Shown here: piece after piece, positions 25,849 to 38,699 of the stretch
Numbering within the stretch: position 1 is the stretch's first letter
How the letters are laid out: each line of letters opens with the position of its first letter
Made by a program: the position numbers and the translations under genes
From: Marsupella aquatica
Taxonomy: Eukaryota; Plantae; Marchantiophyta
NCBI GenBank assembly: GCA_973895155.1
Contig: OZ316895.1
Span: 24,619,538 to 24,683,537 of the forward strand
Length of the DNA stretch: 64,000 nt
Direction: 5' to 3'
Notes under the pieces: generated by a model
Database searches by the model: none
What the model saw: the letters and a program-made list of their open reading frames with translations, nothing else
What the model was told of the DNA's origin: nothing

Positions 25849-26593
25849 TGTACTAGAATACTGCTTTTGATACCTAACTATCTAAGTATGGATGACAAAC
25901 TTTCAGTCACTCTAATTGTTAGCACCATAAGTGGTCAATGACAGCACAAGCCAATCCCTACTTTTAGACCATAGGTCGTTTGGATTTTTCAAAATGCCAA
26001 GAGTAATTTTGTAAAGTTACCAATATTTCAGTCTGCCATTACATGTAGTATTGGGTAGTGTTGTCAATTTATTTGGAGTACTCTTGGATGCCCAAAGTTT
26101 GCCACCACTGTTCTTTGATATCTTCCTCTATGATAAAGTCTGACAGAATGATTACTTGAATCAATTCAAAGCCGGGTTGCACTGGTGGTATGACAGGTCA
26201 TTTTTCAGTTCAAAGTGTAGGCAATTGTATGGGCAATTTGAGATATATTAGTGTAGTTTAGAGCAGTTTGGTTAGTCCATTAGGGCATGTCAAAATTCTC
26301 CCATAAGCAGTGTCTTATGGCTATGAATGTTTGGACTTAAGTGGCAAATGGGGTATATATTTTGGTCTCCAATAGGGTATGTCTTGTAACTCAATTAAGG
26401 CTCAATACATAAAATGATATTACAACCAAAACAAAATCACTCTCGGTTACCAAAATGTATCTAAAGTACATAAAATGGTGCTATAGCCAAGACAAAATTA
26501 CTGTCGGCTACCAAAATACATACGCCATAAAATGATATATCCAAAAATAATAATAAAGGAACACTTTGGGGATAACTTTAACACCCCTAATAG

Positions 26594-27590
26594 GAGATAT
26601 ATGCTTGATGGGCCCCATGGTGAACCTTTCTTACCTGATGGGCCCCTAGGGAACTTTTTTTACCAAGTAGGACCCCTCTTAATGACCAGTACACATGTTC
26701 TTGTGTGGTGCCTACACCTGTCCTTGTGTGGTGCCTACTATGTATGGTGACTCCAAGCAAACTGCACAGTTGAACCGTGCGGTCAACCTTGCATGGTTGA
26801 CCGAGAAACCACGGAGATGATTTGGGAGAAACCGCGAAAAGCGATTGCCGCTGTTGAATCTATGATTTGAAGACAATATGCATTATGTCTTCGGATTCAC
26901 TGGGTTAATGCCTGAAGACACAATGAATTATGTCTTCGGGTTCAAATTTTTACCGTATTGTGGGGTAGTTACTAGGTATGTTTTTCATGTTACGCACATG
27001 GGTTTTTCACGATGTTTTCATGCACGACTGTCAGCGTCAGTGTGGGGTACCTCCAAATGTCCACAAAGAATATTCAAGTTCAATGTTCGGAATTTGCCTA
27101 CTGCCGCCACAACAAAAATTGGCAAATGATTGACAAATGCGCTCAAAAAATGGTAATACTCCTCTATGTAATGCATACAAACAATTTCCAAAGAAGATAG
27201 ACCCAAAGGTGTCGGGTGCACCCTAAACCCTAAACCTTGAAACACGGGAAGACATAATTCATTGAGTCTTCAGGCATTAACCCATTGAATCCGAAGACAT
27301 AATGCATAATGTCTTCAAATCATAGTTTCGACAGCGGCAGTCGCTTTTCGCGGTTTCTCCCGAATCATCTTCGTGGTTTCTCGGTCGACCATGCAAGGTT
27401 GACTGCATGGTTCAACTGTGCAGTTTTCTTGGAGTCACCATACATAGTAGACACCACACAAGGACAGGTGTAGGCACCACACAAGAACATGTGTACTGGT
27501 CATTAAGAGGGGTCCTACTAGGTAAAAAAAGTTCACTAGGGGCCCATCAGGTAAGAAAGGTTCACCAGGGGGCCATCAAGCATATATCTC
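26594..27590. mobile_element. Non-autonomous Mutator-like (MULE) foldback element, copy A
   Basis: TIRs of ~344 bp (26594-26937 / 27248-27590) starting GAGATATATGCTTGATGG. Exact 10-bp TSD CCCCTAATAG (26584-26593, 27591-27600). Non-coding ~310-bp core containing (CCCTAAA)2. Confidence 0.9.
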
Positions 27591-29795
27591 CCCCTAATAG
27601 TGATTTTGTCTTGCCATAAAAAGAGCTTGAAAGAGCCCTGCTTTGACAAGCCCTATGGGCATCATGGGCAACGTGCCTTTACTTCAGGGCATTACTAAGT
27701 TCAAAGGACCCGGAAAGAGACAAACTTCTAAGTTAGAGACCATAGTTTTTCAAAGGAAGAGACAATGGAGCAAAGTTCAAGTAACACTTGTCATTGCAAT
27801 CGGATTTGGGAATCATTCGCACACTTTTAGCCGTGGGAATCAGCGCCATCAGTTCTCATCCATCAATCCATGAGATCTTCGTTCGCAGGCTTTCGGCGGC
27901 AGGATGCAGCGGACGCTTTTGCTGTAGAAGTTAGTCATGCCCCGCCCTCACGGCCTTATTGACGCCGGCACGCTTTTTCATGGAAAGCTGTCGAGGAACA
28001 TGCAAGCCGGTGAGGTGTATGTAACATTTAACTATGTGTGTGCCCCAAAGCATTCCGGGGAACATGCAACCGGTGTATGTATGTGCCCCAGAGCGTTGCG
28101 CACCCGGGGCTGGTTCCTCAATGGCTCGATGACTCGATCGCGAGGTTCAACCTCAGCCAAGGAAGCAGCTAAGATAGACCAGCAATTAGTTAAGGCATAG
28201 TCAAGTACAGTAGTCATGGTTTAGAGCGATCTTCGTTGACCACGCCACCGTTTCATAGACTCCTGTATCAGCAGCTGACAACATAATACCATTATTGTTT
28301 TGGCAGTACCAAATACTTTCACAGGCCGTGGGCACCCAGCGTGATAACCACATGGTTTTCGTGGGTTTCGCCACTCTGAAAAGTTGATAGAATGGTCTCA
28401 AATTGGGCGGCCAGACTTTGACGGGAGGGGGATCTTTCGCCATTAGCCAGGTTTATGGATCAGTCGGCGTCTGAAAGGTCCAGCAAGAATTCGAGGAACT
28501 TACTCACTCGGGATAAGAATCAGGATTGAAACATTGGCACCTCATATGGTCGGCCCGAAGGCTTTTGAGGTTCGCCTGCCCGTGCTCAACAACTGTCTTC
28601 AGTCATCCGTGCTTCGGTTGGATAAAATACAACACGTCCCTTACCTACCCACCTTGCCTTTCAAATGAGCTTTTCCGGAACGCTCACCAGCTCGTGAGTG
28701 GGCGGACACGGAATACTATTGTGGTCGCCTCAATCGTCTGATTGCACTTCCCTGAGGTAATTCGCACATCCTTGATTCGGTTAAATCCGTCAACTATCCA
28801 ATCTGGTCTTCGAATACCGATCGAACTTTGTTTAGCTACACATGACGATTTCAGCCCTGCCACGAATTGCAGTCTATTGACGGGTTTTGGTCTACCGAAA
28901 CTGCGGGCTCTAGGAGCACAGCACAGGGCTCATACTTGCGGACTTGACACATTGCAGATAGGTGATTGCCTTGTTGGTTGGGGGTTGCTGAGAGGGTAAG
29001 GATGAGCATTTCCTTGGTCGTATAACGGATCGCAGATGCGGAGAGCGCATCCTAGAGGCTGGCCTCATTGGTGTTGGGGCTTCATGCAGAGAGGACGACT
29101 TCGAAGTACTACCGCATTACAAGAGACGCGGATACATTGCTCCACCTTTGCAGCGAATTCAACCAGAAGCGTAGCTCGCTCAGCGCCGTAAAGCAGATTC
29201 GTCCGGAACTTGCAAATTCTTGAGCGGAGTAAGGTAAACTTCAAAGCCACTGAAGGATTTCTGGCTAATTAGACTGAGAAGGCTGACCTGACTGTGTACT
29301 TCGAAGCTCTTAGTCGGAATCGTGCTGAACCTCTGATGCCTCTTCTCCACCTGTCACTGTTTTGGTTTTGTCATATGGTTACTTGTAGAGAGAGAGCCTC
29401 GACGTTTCCTTGCATCCGCCTTGAAATGCATTGGAGTTTGGACTCGCTGCTAAAGCATGAGGTCTCCTCTCCGGATAGATTGCAGTAAGGAGTGCTGGTG
29501 GCATGCACGATCCCAGAGCAATTTTCCGAGGATATAGGGCTTCTTTTCATTTGGGCACTTTTGCCCTCAGTGGCATTAATGGGCTGCTTTCTAAGCTCCA
29601 CTATTCCTTAAACGAATTCGTGACTTCTGCACATGGTCTTGATTGTTGTTCCAGATTGCTACCGATATAGCTGAGAAGTGTTACAAACGGTTTCGAGCCT
29701 TCGACGCCAACAGAAGAGAGCAATCGGGGAAGCTTTGAACTTAATCCGGAAGGTGTCAACACGGCGAGTCTGAATTGGTCGGAAAATCTGTCGTT

Positions 29796-30239
29796 ATGAT
29801 GTCGGGTATGATGTCCATGCAGGAAATGTTTTATGGGGAGAGGGAGGAAGTGTGGATTATGAAGCCTGAGAAGAAGGAGAAGGACGACGGGAAAAAGGGT
29901 GATCCTCCACCTAAGCCGCCTCCACCGACACCCATGGAAACCAATTTCGGGCCATTGTTTCCACACTACCACAAACCCTACACTGCACCGGCAGCCCAGG
30001 CTCCAAAGAAACCGCCCGCGACCAAAAACGTCGAGTTGAAGGTCGACATGTGTTGTGAAGAGTGCGAAGAGTCGGTGATTTTGACTTTAGCATCCGTCGA
30101 AGGAGTCAAGAAGATCACTTGTGACATCCCCAAAGAGAAGGTGACCGTGGTGACAACGAACGATACTAGCGCTGACGACATTTTGATGGAGTGCCGGAAG
30201 GCCTTTCGGAAGTCGAGATTGTGGACGAAGGACGACTGA
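29796..30239 (+). CDS. HMA domain protein, HPP-like, copy 3 (147 aa, intronless CDS, Pro/Lys-rich N-terminus)
   Basis: VELKVDMCCEECEESVILTLASVEGVKKITCDIPKEKVTVV...AFRKSRLW. First ATG at 29796 (nearby in-frame ATGs are also possible). N-terminal QEMFY motif. Confidence 0.9.
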   Translation: MMSGMMSMQEMFYGEREEVWIMKPEKKEKDDGKKGDPPPKPPPPTPMETNFGPLFPHYHKPYTAPAAQAPKKPPATKNVELKVDMCCEECEESVILTLASVEGVKKITCDIPKEKVTVVTTNDTSADDILMECRKAFRKSRLWTKDD

Positions 30240-33052
30240 GAGACTCACTTATGTCTCATGATCGAGGACATCGAAGGATAAAATCTTTAGTACTGTTACC
30301 AGGACAAAAGCTTGGGGTTGTTTTGCATGTAGGTGCTCCACTCCACCATCCCCCACACCACAATTATGCCCTCTACCTACCCTCTGTCAAGCTGTCTGAC
30401 TGTCAAACTGGAGGGCTTACTTCCGCAGTAGTTTTGAAAGCGCCGTCACATCCTCACATCCTCACAATCTGTCGAACTGATCAAACTCCTCGACTTCCAC
30501 ACACAGCCTCGTGTACACTGTAATTAAAAGCATGTATTGACTTCTGGATTGGGATTGAAAATTGCGGCCAGCCACTACTAATACGTCTTCTGCTATTTTG
30601 TATGGTGATATCTGCCAACAGTCACTTTGGAACTTGAGACACGTTAAGTGTGCTTGAACTGACAAACCAGTGGCCATGGCCTGAGCACACTTGCCAGTGG
30701 TTTTTGCGGAGACTATTGCAGCAAATTATTCGAATTATTTGAAGTACGGCAGGCGCAGGATCTTAGCAGCAGCCACATGAAGCTGACAGTGCTCAGCTTC
30801 CCCGCTTACTCGCTTCGTCGTAGAAATGATGAATTCGCGTCATTTGCAAAGAACTTCGGTCTTGTTATTGGAGTGACAAAGTATATGTACATATTTCTAA
30901 GTGCCAAAAAACGACAGGCTCCCAACCCCGCTCCCAACCCCGCGACATGAGTTTGCGACTTCATATCCGATTTTGATTGTGAGAAACTCAGCGAAAGGCA
31001 TGCTTGTCATTTGTGGGCACTCCGTTCAATCTCTTTGTACATTGCCAGTGTTGGCCCCTTACTTTACAAACGTGGATTCCAGTGGTGAAACAGCGTTGTA
31101 TTCTTCTACCTTACTACTGAAATGGAAGGAATGTGCAATGGAAAGCCTGAATTGAACCTTTCCGTTATTAACAAGGATTCTCAGCATTGGCAAATGTGGG
31201 CAGAATTGGTGACTGAAACGTTTTGTGTAGGTGCCAAAATTAGAGGTCTACCGTACTAGATTTTAGTATATGGTCAAACACGTCGACACGACAGAAGACG
31301 AATCGCAGTTCAGATAAGAGGACAAGAAAACACTAACAAACTTTACTTACCAGAACACTTAGCAACTATTGATTTCTACCGTGCCCAAATTGTCAAATGC
31401 CGTCCGTAGGTTTTGTTAGCGTTTTAGAGCCATCTTGCGTGTGTAGTGAGAGTCCACTAGACTCATCATTAAACTATGACAATGACCTATGCTCAAAACA
31501 CCCCAACGACATTGGATTTGGAGTGCTTTTCGTGATCTTCTACACTTTCATGACTTTAAAATTCAATCCATCAAAGCAGTGGCCCACAAGGGGGACAACA
31601 ACCCGGGGTCGACTAGAGGTTGAAGTGTTGACAAGCCTCTGAGGCAATCGAAGCGCCAAGGTAGGAACCTAGCCTACCACAAGGCAGCCTAAAGTAACAC
31701 TCCTGATCGGCTACACTGACTCATGTCCCCAGCTCGATTATCACGTTAAACAAAAATAGAATAAAACACTCCAACAACATAGTTAGTACCGTTATCTTGG
31801 CTCAGGAGGGCTCTTGTTGTTTGGCAGTTTGGTGAGGTTTTGGTTCTTTGGCCATGTGGGCATTGGCCTTTTGACTCTTGAGTTTTTCCTGTTTTCTCCT
31901 TTGTTTTCCCCGTTCATTAAGGTGTTTGCCTTTAGGATATGTTATAGTTATAGTAGTTACTCTTGTGACTCTACCAGGCTTTAGTTTGTTTATGAGTAGG
32001 GCTTTAGTGCTTTTGTTGTTGTAGGAACTCTTGGGCTTTTTTATCTTTGACTTTTTGGTTCCTTGGTCTTCCTGAGTTTTTCACTTTGTCATCTCCCCCT
32101 TCATTGGATTTCTTGCCTTTGGAATCCTGACTCCTGGAATCACAACTTTCGTTCCTCCTGAATAACACTTTGTGTTTCTCCTGGTATGACCCTTTTTGTT
32201 CTTTGGCCATGTTATATGTACTTGTGCATCAAAGTAAATAAAGTGGAGACCCCTACCTTTCACCTGGACTAAGAATATCTCCAATACTACTGGCTTTGGC
32301 TATTGGGTAAATGAAATTCTCAGCCTCATAATGTACTTCATTAATTTATTGTACGTAGCTATTACGGCCTATCGAAAAGCAGCCCCAACTCTGGGATAAT
32401 TGCCCTGGACAACAGAGATCAGCAACCGATGTCTATAGATCTAAATCTTGAAAAGAACTCTATAGAAAGTGGATTAGTGTATAATCTTTTTCCATATATA
32501 GATTGAGTAACTAAGGACCCCTGTCCTTGAGACCCGGTTGCGTTCAAACGAATGAACCTGGTAGAGTTGAAATGTTCTCCACGAGTGAGATCACTAACCG
32601 GGTCAACAATTTCCTTGGAACACACCATCGTGGGTCGTTTCGTCCTTTCCTCACTAGGCCATGACGAGGAGCAACGCCATCCTCGAAACTCGAGAAAGGA
32701 ATACCGGCGGGGCAGTGGCCAGTTTATACAGTAATGGCTGTCTCCAGTAAAGTTTTTGATGGCACTTTTCTCCACTCTGCTATGCACGGCAATTAGCGTA
32801 AAGTACAGGGGCCATCATTGAGAAACAGTGGTCGTTCGTCTCATCAAAGGACAATCGATATAAATTCTTGAGAGTTTACTGTACTCGTTTTGCCTGGCAT
32901 GCCAGCACTGCAGGAAAGTTAGTCGTCTGAGGGTAGAAAATTATGATCTTAAGAACACTCTTTCCTCTTGTTTCGGTGAAGTCACCCACAAACAAAACAG
33001 TAAGTATATGATAAGGAGCCCCCCTTCAAACCACTGACATAGTTCTGCGTTT

Positions 33053-33095
33053 GACCTTATGCAACAAAATTGCGACCTTATGCAACAAAATTGCG
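33053..33095. repeat. 21-bp tandem duplication GACCTTATGCAACAAAATTGC
   Basis: Read directly twice. Confidence 0.85.
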
Positions 33096-33374
33096 TGAGA
33101 TGTTCAGCATATTGACGGAGTCTTGTAAATTCGAGACAAGTACAATAATTGGATCCCAATTTCCATTCACCCTCGTACATGCTTTGAAGCTACTTTGTAG
33201 TTCTTTGGCCTGTTCTTTGGCTGCCTTGGATCATTGTAACTAGCCCGGTAACTAGGAGGTCCTGTCCTCGAGAAAGTTGGTGTTGACTTTAGTAACAAGG
33301 CTTGCTTCTTACGTGAGGCATTGGCCGATCTGTCTGGTGGTTAAATGATCAGCTCCTGACTATAAGAGATTTCG

Positions 33375-33476
33375 TGATGGCCCACTTGTGGACGACAATT
33401 GAATGTAAGACCATGACACTAGCGATGACCCACCTGTTGACGACAATTGAAATGTCCTACCATGAACACTCTAGCG
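33375..33476. repeat. Degenerate ~50-bp tandem duplication
   Basis: CCCAC(T/C)TGT(G/T)GACGACAATTGAA...ACCATGA.CACT..AGCG occurs twice. Confidence 0.7.
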
Positions 33477-36400
33477 AGTATACCTTACAACGGAGACGGT
33501 CAGTATTAGCCTGGTAAAAGCTAACCTTGAGGACAAATTAAAGCAAGGTGTGAGTCTGCCCTTCTAGAGAAAGGAAAATAGCTTCTTTCAGATTGCTGGA
33601 GTTAGGCCTTCAATGTTGAAAAGGCTGTTTTCTAAACATATTGAGAAAACACCCGTTTGATGCTCAGTTTTATGGAGGGTCTAACATTCAACTTGCAATG
33701 TTGCAATGTACTTAATATTGCACGGACCTCAAAATTCAATCTCTGTGTCACCGAGAAACAAATCTGAGGAAGAAAATACAATGTCACGAAACTAATATTC
33801 ATTGTGACTAACTTACACTAGGCCAGGCTACAGTAGTTTTCTGGATTCGACTCCTTAGCTACTGAATCTTGTGGCATCTCTCAAACCATCGAAAATTCGG
33901 CTCCAAACAAGCAAACATGCTTTCTGAGACATTCAATGGCAGATACATGTCCGTAGCATGTCCTGTCTTTGAGCCTCCTACAATTTGGATAGTAGATGAG
34001 CTGAAAAAGAGTTTATTTGCACATCATCTGAACTGGAGGTGAAACACATTGAGATTTTGGAACATAGGCTATTCGCTGGGCTGCATTTATCGCGTCTGAA
34101 ATGTCGGCCCAGGTACCCAAGATGGACGGAATGTATTCAGAAATCGCGCTTATGCTGTAGTGCAATTTGAAACAGCTCAATAAATAGAAAATCTGCCAAG
34201 TTTCTATAGTGTGAGACCTAAAAATAAATCTTCCTCGCTTTATATGTCCGCATTCATTTTAGTATAAAGAAGCAAATATTTTGCAAAATTATTAAAATAC
34301 ACTTATCCTGTTATAAAATACTCTTTTTTTGACAATATAGCATGCTCATCCTAGAATATGCTTTATTTTATGTTTTGTAGTGATTTAAAAATAAATAAAA
34401 TATGAGAGCATAGAAGTGTTGTTACATAAGTAAAGTGTATGCCAAGAAAAGCACAGTGACCAAAAAAAGGTACAGTCAAACTATGCTACTATGTGTGCAC
34501 TTAACTCAGGGTGTCTTATGAATGACACTCCTTTCAATAAAAACCATAAATCTAGGAAAGAAAAACATGAAGAGAACTTAACAGGTTATGCATTCATGTT
34601 CTTTAGCATCATATCTCTCACTTGTGGTGGTGGAGCCTTTGGTTTTATCTATAAGAAAACACATACTGTGAAAGGGGGCTGCCAAAATAAGTTCAAAACA
34701 CTCTAGAATGCCTAAGACTAAAGGGGTCTAGAAATTAATTAAAATTTTATAGAATACAAAGGCTGCCCCTTGATAAGATTGAAATGAAAATACATGACAC
34801 AAAAATCTGAATAAGACAAAATCTGAAATGTGCATTCACCATATAGCAGCTTCAAAAATTTCAACCCAGAGTTGTTTTGTATCTCCTATCTTTTCATTGT
34901 TTGTTTACTAAATGTCATTTGGGTGTGAAGCTTTCTTGGTTGCTTGATTGTGATGAGATTGTTTTTAGCAATGAGATGGGCCTAAACTTGGCACTTTGCT
35001 CCTTTTTTGGCGCCCAGTCTCACTCCACAGCTTGCACAGCCCTTGAAATCTAGCTGCCATGCCTACTTGCTGGCTCCGCATAGTATTCCACAACAAGGTT
35101 ATCTGACTTATGACTGTTGCAAACCCTTTCCACTAACATGTATTCAAACTATAAAGGAGGGGACTTATGGCCGCATTGGAGCATGCAAACTCCATAGCCC
35201 CTGGCTTCCTTGCTTTTGTGCGTACAATGTGCATATTGTATACAAATTACAAAACATATTTGAAATTCAAAGGTGCCCTTGAAGAAATCCGTTGGGAGGC
35301 TGTTTCTCATATTGTGTTAATGTTCATTTCATCAAAGTTTACTTGTGCTGTGTGCTTCCTGTTCCTGCTTTGTTAGTGCTAAAGATAGTTATCTACCCTT
35401 GAAGATGTGCATAAAAAAACCTTGTGTAAGTACATGTCACTGCGATTCTGTACCATGTAAGGCTTTTGGTAGGTCAGGAGTACATTATACATGATGTATT
35501 TGATTTTGTTGATGATGTGTAGGTACCCATTTTTTATTTTAATCCCTTAGCTGAGGTTTGCCCAAATTTCTACCGTACCTCTGACTATTTGTGAAAATTG
35601 TGGTTAATCTATACAAATTCCAACTGCCAAATGAACGTCTGTCAAATGAATGCATAAAACTTCTCGTTGTGATGCACCGTTTCTTGCCACCCGGCAAAGG
35701 CTATTTTGACATTACTCATATGTAGTCAACTGCACTCAGCCGGACAGCCAACAATGGTAGACAATCTTGGGTTCCACAACGGAGTCCTCGCAATATAAGG
35801 ATTAAAATTTTCATTATAACAATTTACGACCAAAATGGTACGTTTGATGGGCGGGGAGGTCCACTGGGAGAGAAACTGCAAGGTTTGGTCCATAGGGAGA
35901 CTAGCTTCTTTTGTCAGGAGGTCCACTAAATATGTCTCTCGGATGATTATCATCTACCCACAAATATGTATGCCAGATAAATCCAAGTACTCTGCAATTA
36001 CGGCTAATATCCTATCTGACATGTAAAGCTAGTACTAATATTAAGATCTTACTGTCACTAGTCTGAATGTCGGGAATCAGTAAAAGTCATTCACAGTGAG
36101 AAAACTCGATAACTTGATCACTTGATTATCTGACGAAGGGTTGCATTCTCATCCGAGTGCAACCCAAGTGTTAGACTCAACCGTTTGGCTCCAGGATTGA
36201 GTTGGGATGAGTAAAAATAGGGAGAGATGCCGAATCATCTGTTACCCAAGCGTCTTCATTAAATAATGGAGAAAAAGCGTCCGAGGTGAGACAAAATTGT
36301 GAGGGAATGACGAATGGTGACCCTCAACTTTTGCTCATCACCTCGCCCGTGAGAAAACTTTGATACCCTTACAGGAATAGGCCTGCAAGGCGAATATCGG

Positions 36401-38298
36401 GTTACATTTAGACAGTTCTGAGTGGAAACTGTAGCCAGCATCAGCAGTAGTAAGTTGTGACTTGAGACACTGATTCACTGAGCATGTACGGCCCTGACAT
36501 CGTGAGTGAAATTGTTGTGAATAGTGTATACCTCGAAACCCAAATCAAGAATTGCACTCTTGAATAAACCGAGCATAATCCTGACATTCTGTTTGAGGGA
36601 TAGCTCTGGCAATAGTCCCCCTTCTAACCGACAACAAGCTGGATGTTCGACCTGAGAGCCCACTGACATTATGTAGAAGTGTGAGAAACTAGGGGATTCG
36701 TATCCGCTCTCTGAAACTGGCCGAAGGCGGCAGCCATTTCAATGTACAGCTCACTGTTCGACGTTGCTAGGTGTCCGTAAGGTGACTGACCCACAGAACT
36801 TCCCGACAACCTCATCTGACAGACTGATTTCCGAGCGTGAAGAAATACATGATTACCAGCAACACCACACCTCATCCAAGCAGAGAATTGAAAACAGAAC
36901 CATCTCACTCCAGTATCTCACAGTGTCCTCTGGCATTGCGCTGGATAGTTGTTATCCCGTGCTGGCTGTCAACATTTGGCTTGAAACAACCCATCTTGTG
37001 ACCTTTCGAAACGATTCAGAAATCCGTGGTGATATCACAATTCTTAGTTTAGTCCCGAAAATACTCTGCAAAGGTCGGAGGAAGATGTTACTCTTGTTCT
37101 GATCCTTCGCTGGGTTTCTTACCTTTCGATTCTTGTGATGTTGATCTTCTTGGTTTCCTCCATGCATCGGGGGAAGAAAACAGGGGAGAAAGTAAAGAAC
37201 GAAGTGATTCCTGGCGATCAACCCAGAACATGACAATGAGCGAACAAACCACACAATTATTTTTGTCGTTTTAGCTCATGACTCGACAGTCTTCAAGTCA
37301 ATTGGACAACGAAAGCACTTGATACTCAATTCCCATTCTACAACAAAGCAATATTTATGGCCTTGATTTAAAGTTAATGGAGAAGACCGTGGTTACCGCA
37401 TAAATTGGATGCAGACCAAATTTGCTACCGCAGGTAGATGGAAAGAGCTGCATATATCTCTTCTGACGAATGTTCTGAACAATCCCTCATCGAGGACTGA
37501 CCCTCCACGAGAGAGTCAAGTAAATACTGTATTTAAATGAATGAGTCATACCCAATGACATCCTTATTTTTGCCTTGAAAGGTTTTTGCATGACAACAAA
37601 AACATCTGCGTACAGCAATGGCAGGCCACCAGGGAGGGCAATGATACAACTGGGCTTGTTGTGGGCCCGGTCACTTGAGGCTTTCGAGTCCCTCACGATG
37701 TCCGATGGTACCAGGATCTAGAGGGGATATCGAATGGCTTCGCTCAAATCACGGAGTCTTGAATAACTCTTCCTCGTTCATTGAACGCGCTGAAAGACAG
37801 GTCACAACGTAGGACCATGATAGTATCTGAAAAATCGACTCCCTGGTGAAACAGAAGCCAATATTGAAGTTTAAGAGACCTTTCCAAAAGGGAGAGCAAG
37901 GACAAAAGCTTGAACTGAACACATAGAAGAGGCATTTAAGATGATGGATTCAAAATGAGAGGAGATCAACCAACTTTAAATTGTCGTTAATGTCAAATTA
38001 GCAATTGTGAAGGACATATTCAATTGACCCTTGTTTGTGAAGAAGACTTGTCAAGTCATTAGTTATTGTCAACAAGGGTGACTCGTTGAGCATATACGCG
38101 TCAGTTCTGCAGATTCTGTGAAGGAGATAACTCTGGTCTCGATCTGTAATCGACATCATTTCGCAGATGCAGTGTCAAGAGAAAGTCTCCAAGGAACACT
38201 TTGTTTTTATCAGGGAATTGCCTCCTCTTTAGTTAACACATGGATCTAACTATCTCAACACCAAGCACTTCTTATCGTCACAGGAATGCTGTCCTTAC

Positions 38299-38699
38299 AT
38301 CCAAGTGAGCTGTGTATGTATCTGGCGTGTCTGTCCCTTTCCTGACGCGCGCTCCCGAGCTCAGAGAGAAAGACCGCATGTTCTGTCGACGATGGGAACC
38401 ATGGAAAATCCACAATCCTCTAGGCCCATTACCGCCCGGGGTCATAGTGTACGAGTGTTGCAGATCTCTGCACGGTATTGATCAGGCAGAGCTGAGGCCT
38501 TTGGATGAACGTGACTAGTGTGTCACCGTTCGAGAGAATGGCAAGGTTCTCGAGACGTGATTCGTTTGGGAATTGTTATATGAGCTGGCTGGGTGGGGGA
38601 GAGAGGCGGTCCTTCCCTGCGGAAAGGATGTGACGGTCGTGGAGATGCTGAAGAAGAGGAAAAATAAGAGTGGGAGAGCGAGGGGAGAACGTACTTCAC
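38299..38699 (-). pseudogene. Disrupted gene for a secreted six-bladed beta-propeller protein of fungal type (SMP-30/gluconolactonase-like superfamily), N-terminal part only
   Basis: Minus strand reads GTG-KYVLP / LALPLLFFLFFSISTTVTSFPQGRTASLPHPA (signal-peptide-like) / QLI*QFPNESRLENLAILSNGDTLVTFIQRPQLCLINTVQRSATLVHYDPG / GNGPRG / IVDFP...AVF / SLSSG...TPDTYT. This fits the fungal pattern xYQFPNxTWLENxAVRxNGxLLVTxxxxPxLYLIxxxxxxATLVHxFPGxxGLLGI as I recall it. Contains a TAA and several frameshifts. Confidence 0.6.

Noticed and set aside
26532-27619. Short ORFs shared by the two MULE copies (also 55571-56296)
   Set aside because: Similarity reflects DNA-level repeat identity; no transposase motifs and mostly non-ATG starts.
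33320-33395. tRNA or SINE-like start (GGCCGATCTGTCTGGTGGTTAA)
   Set aside because: No B-box (GTTCRA) and no cloverleaf.
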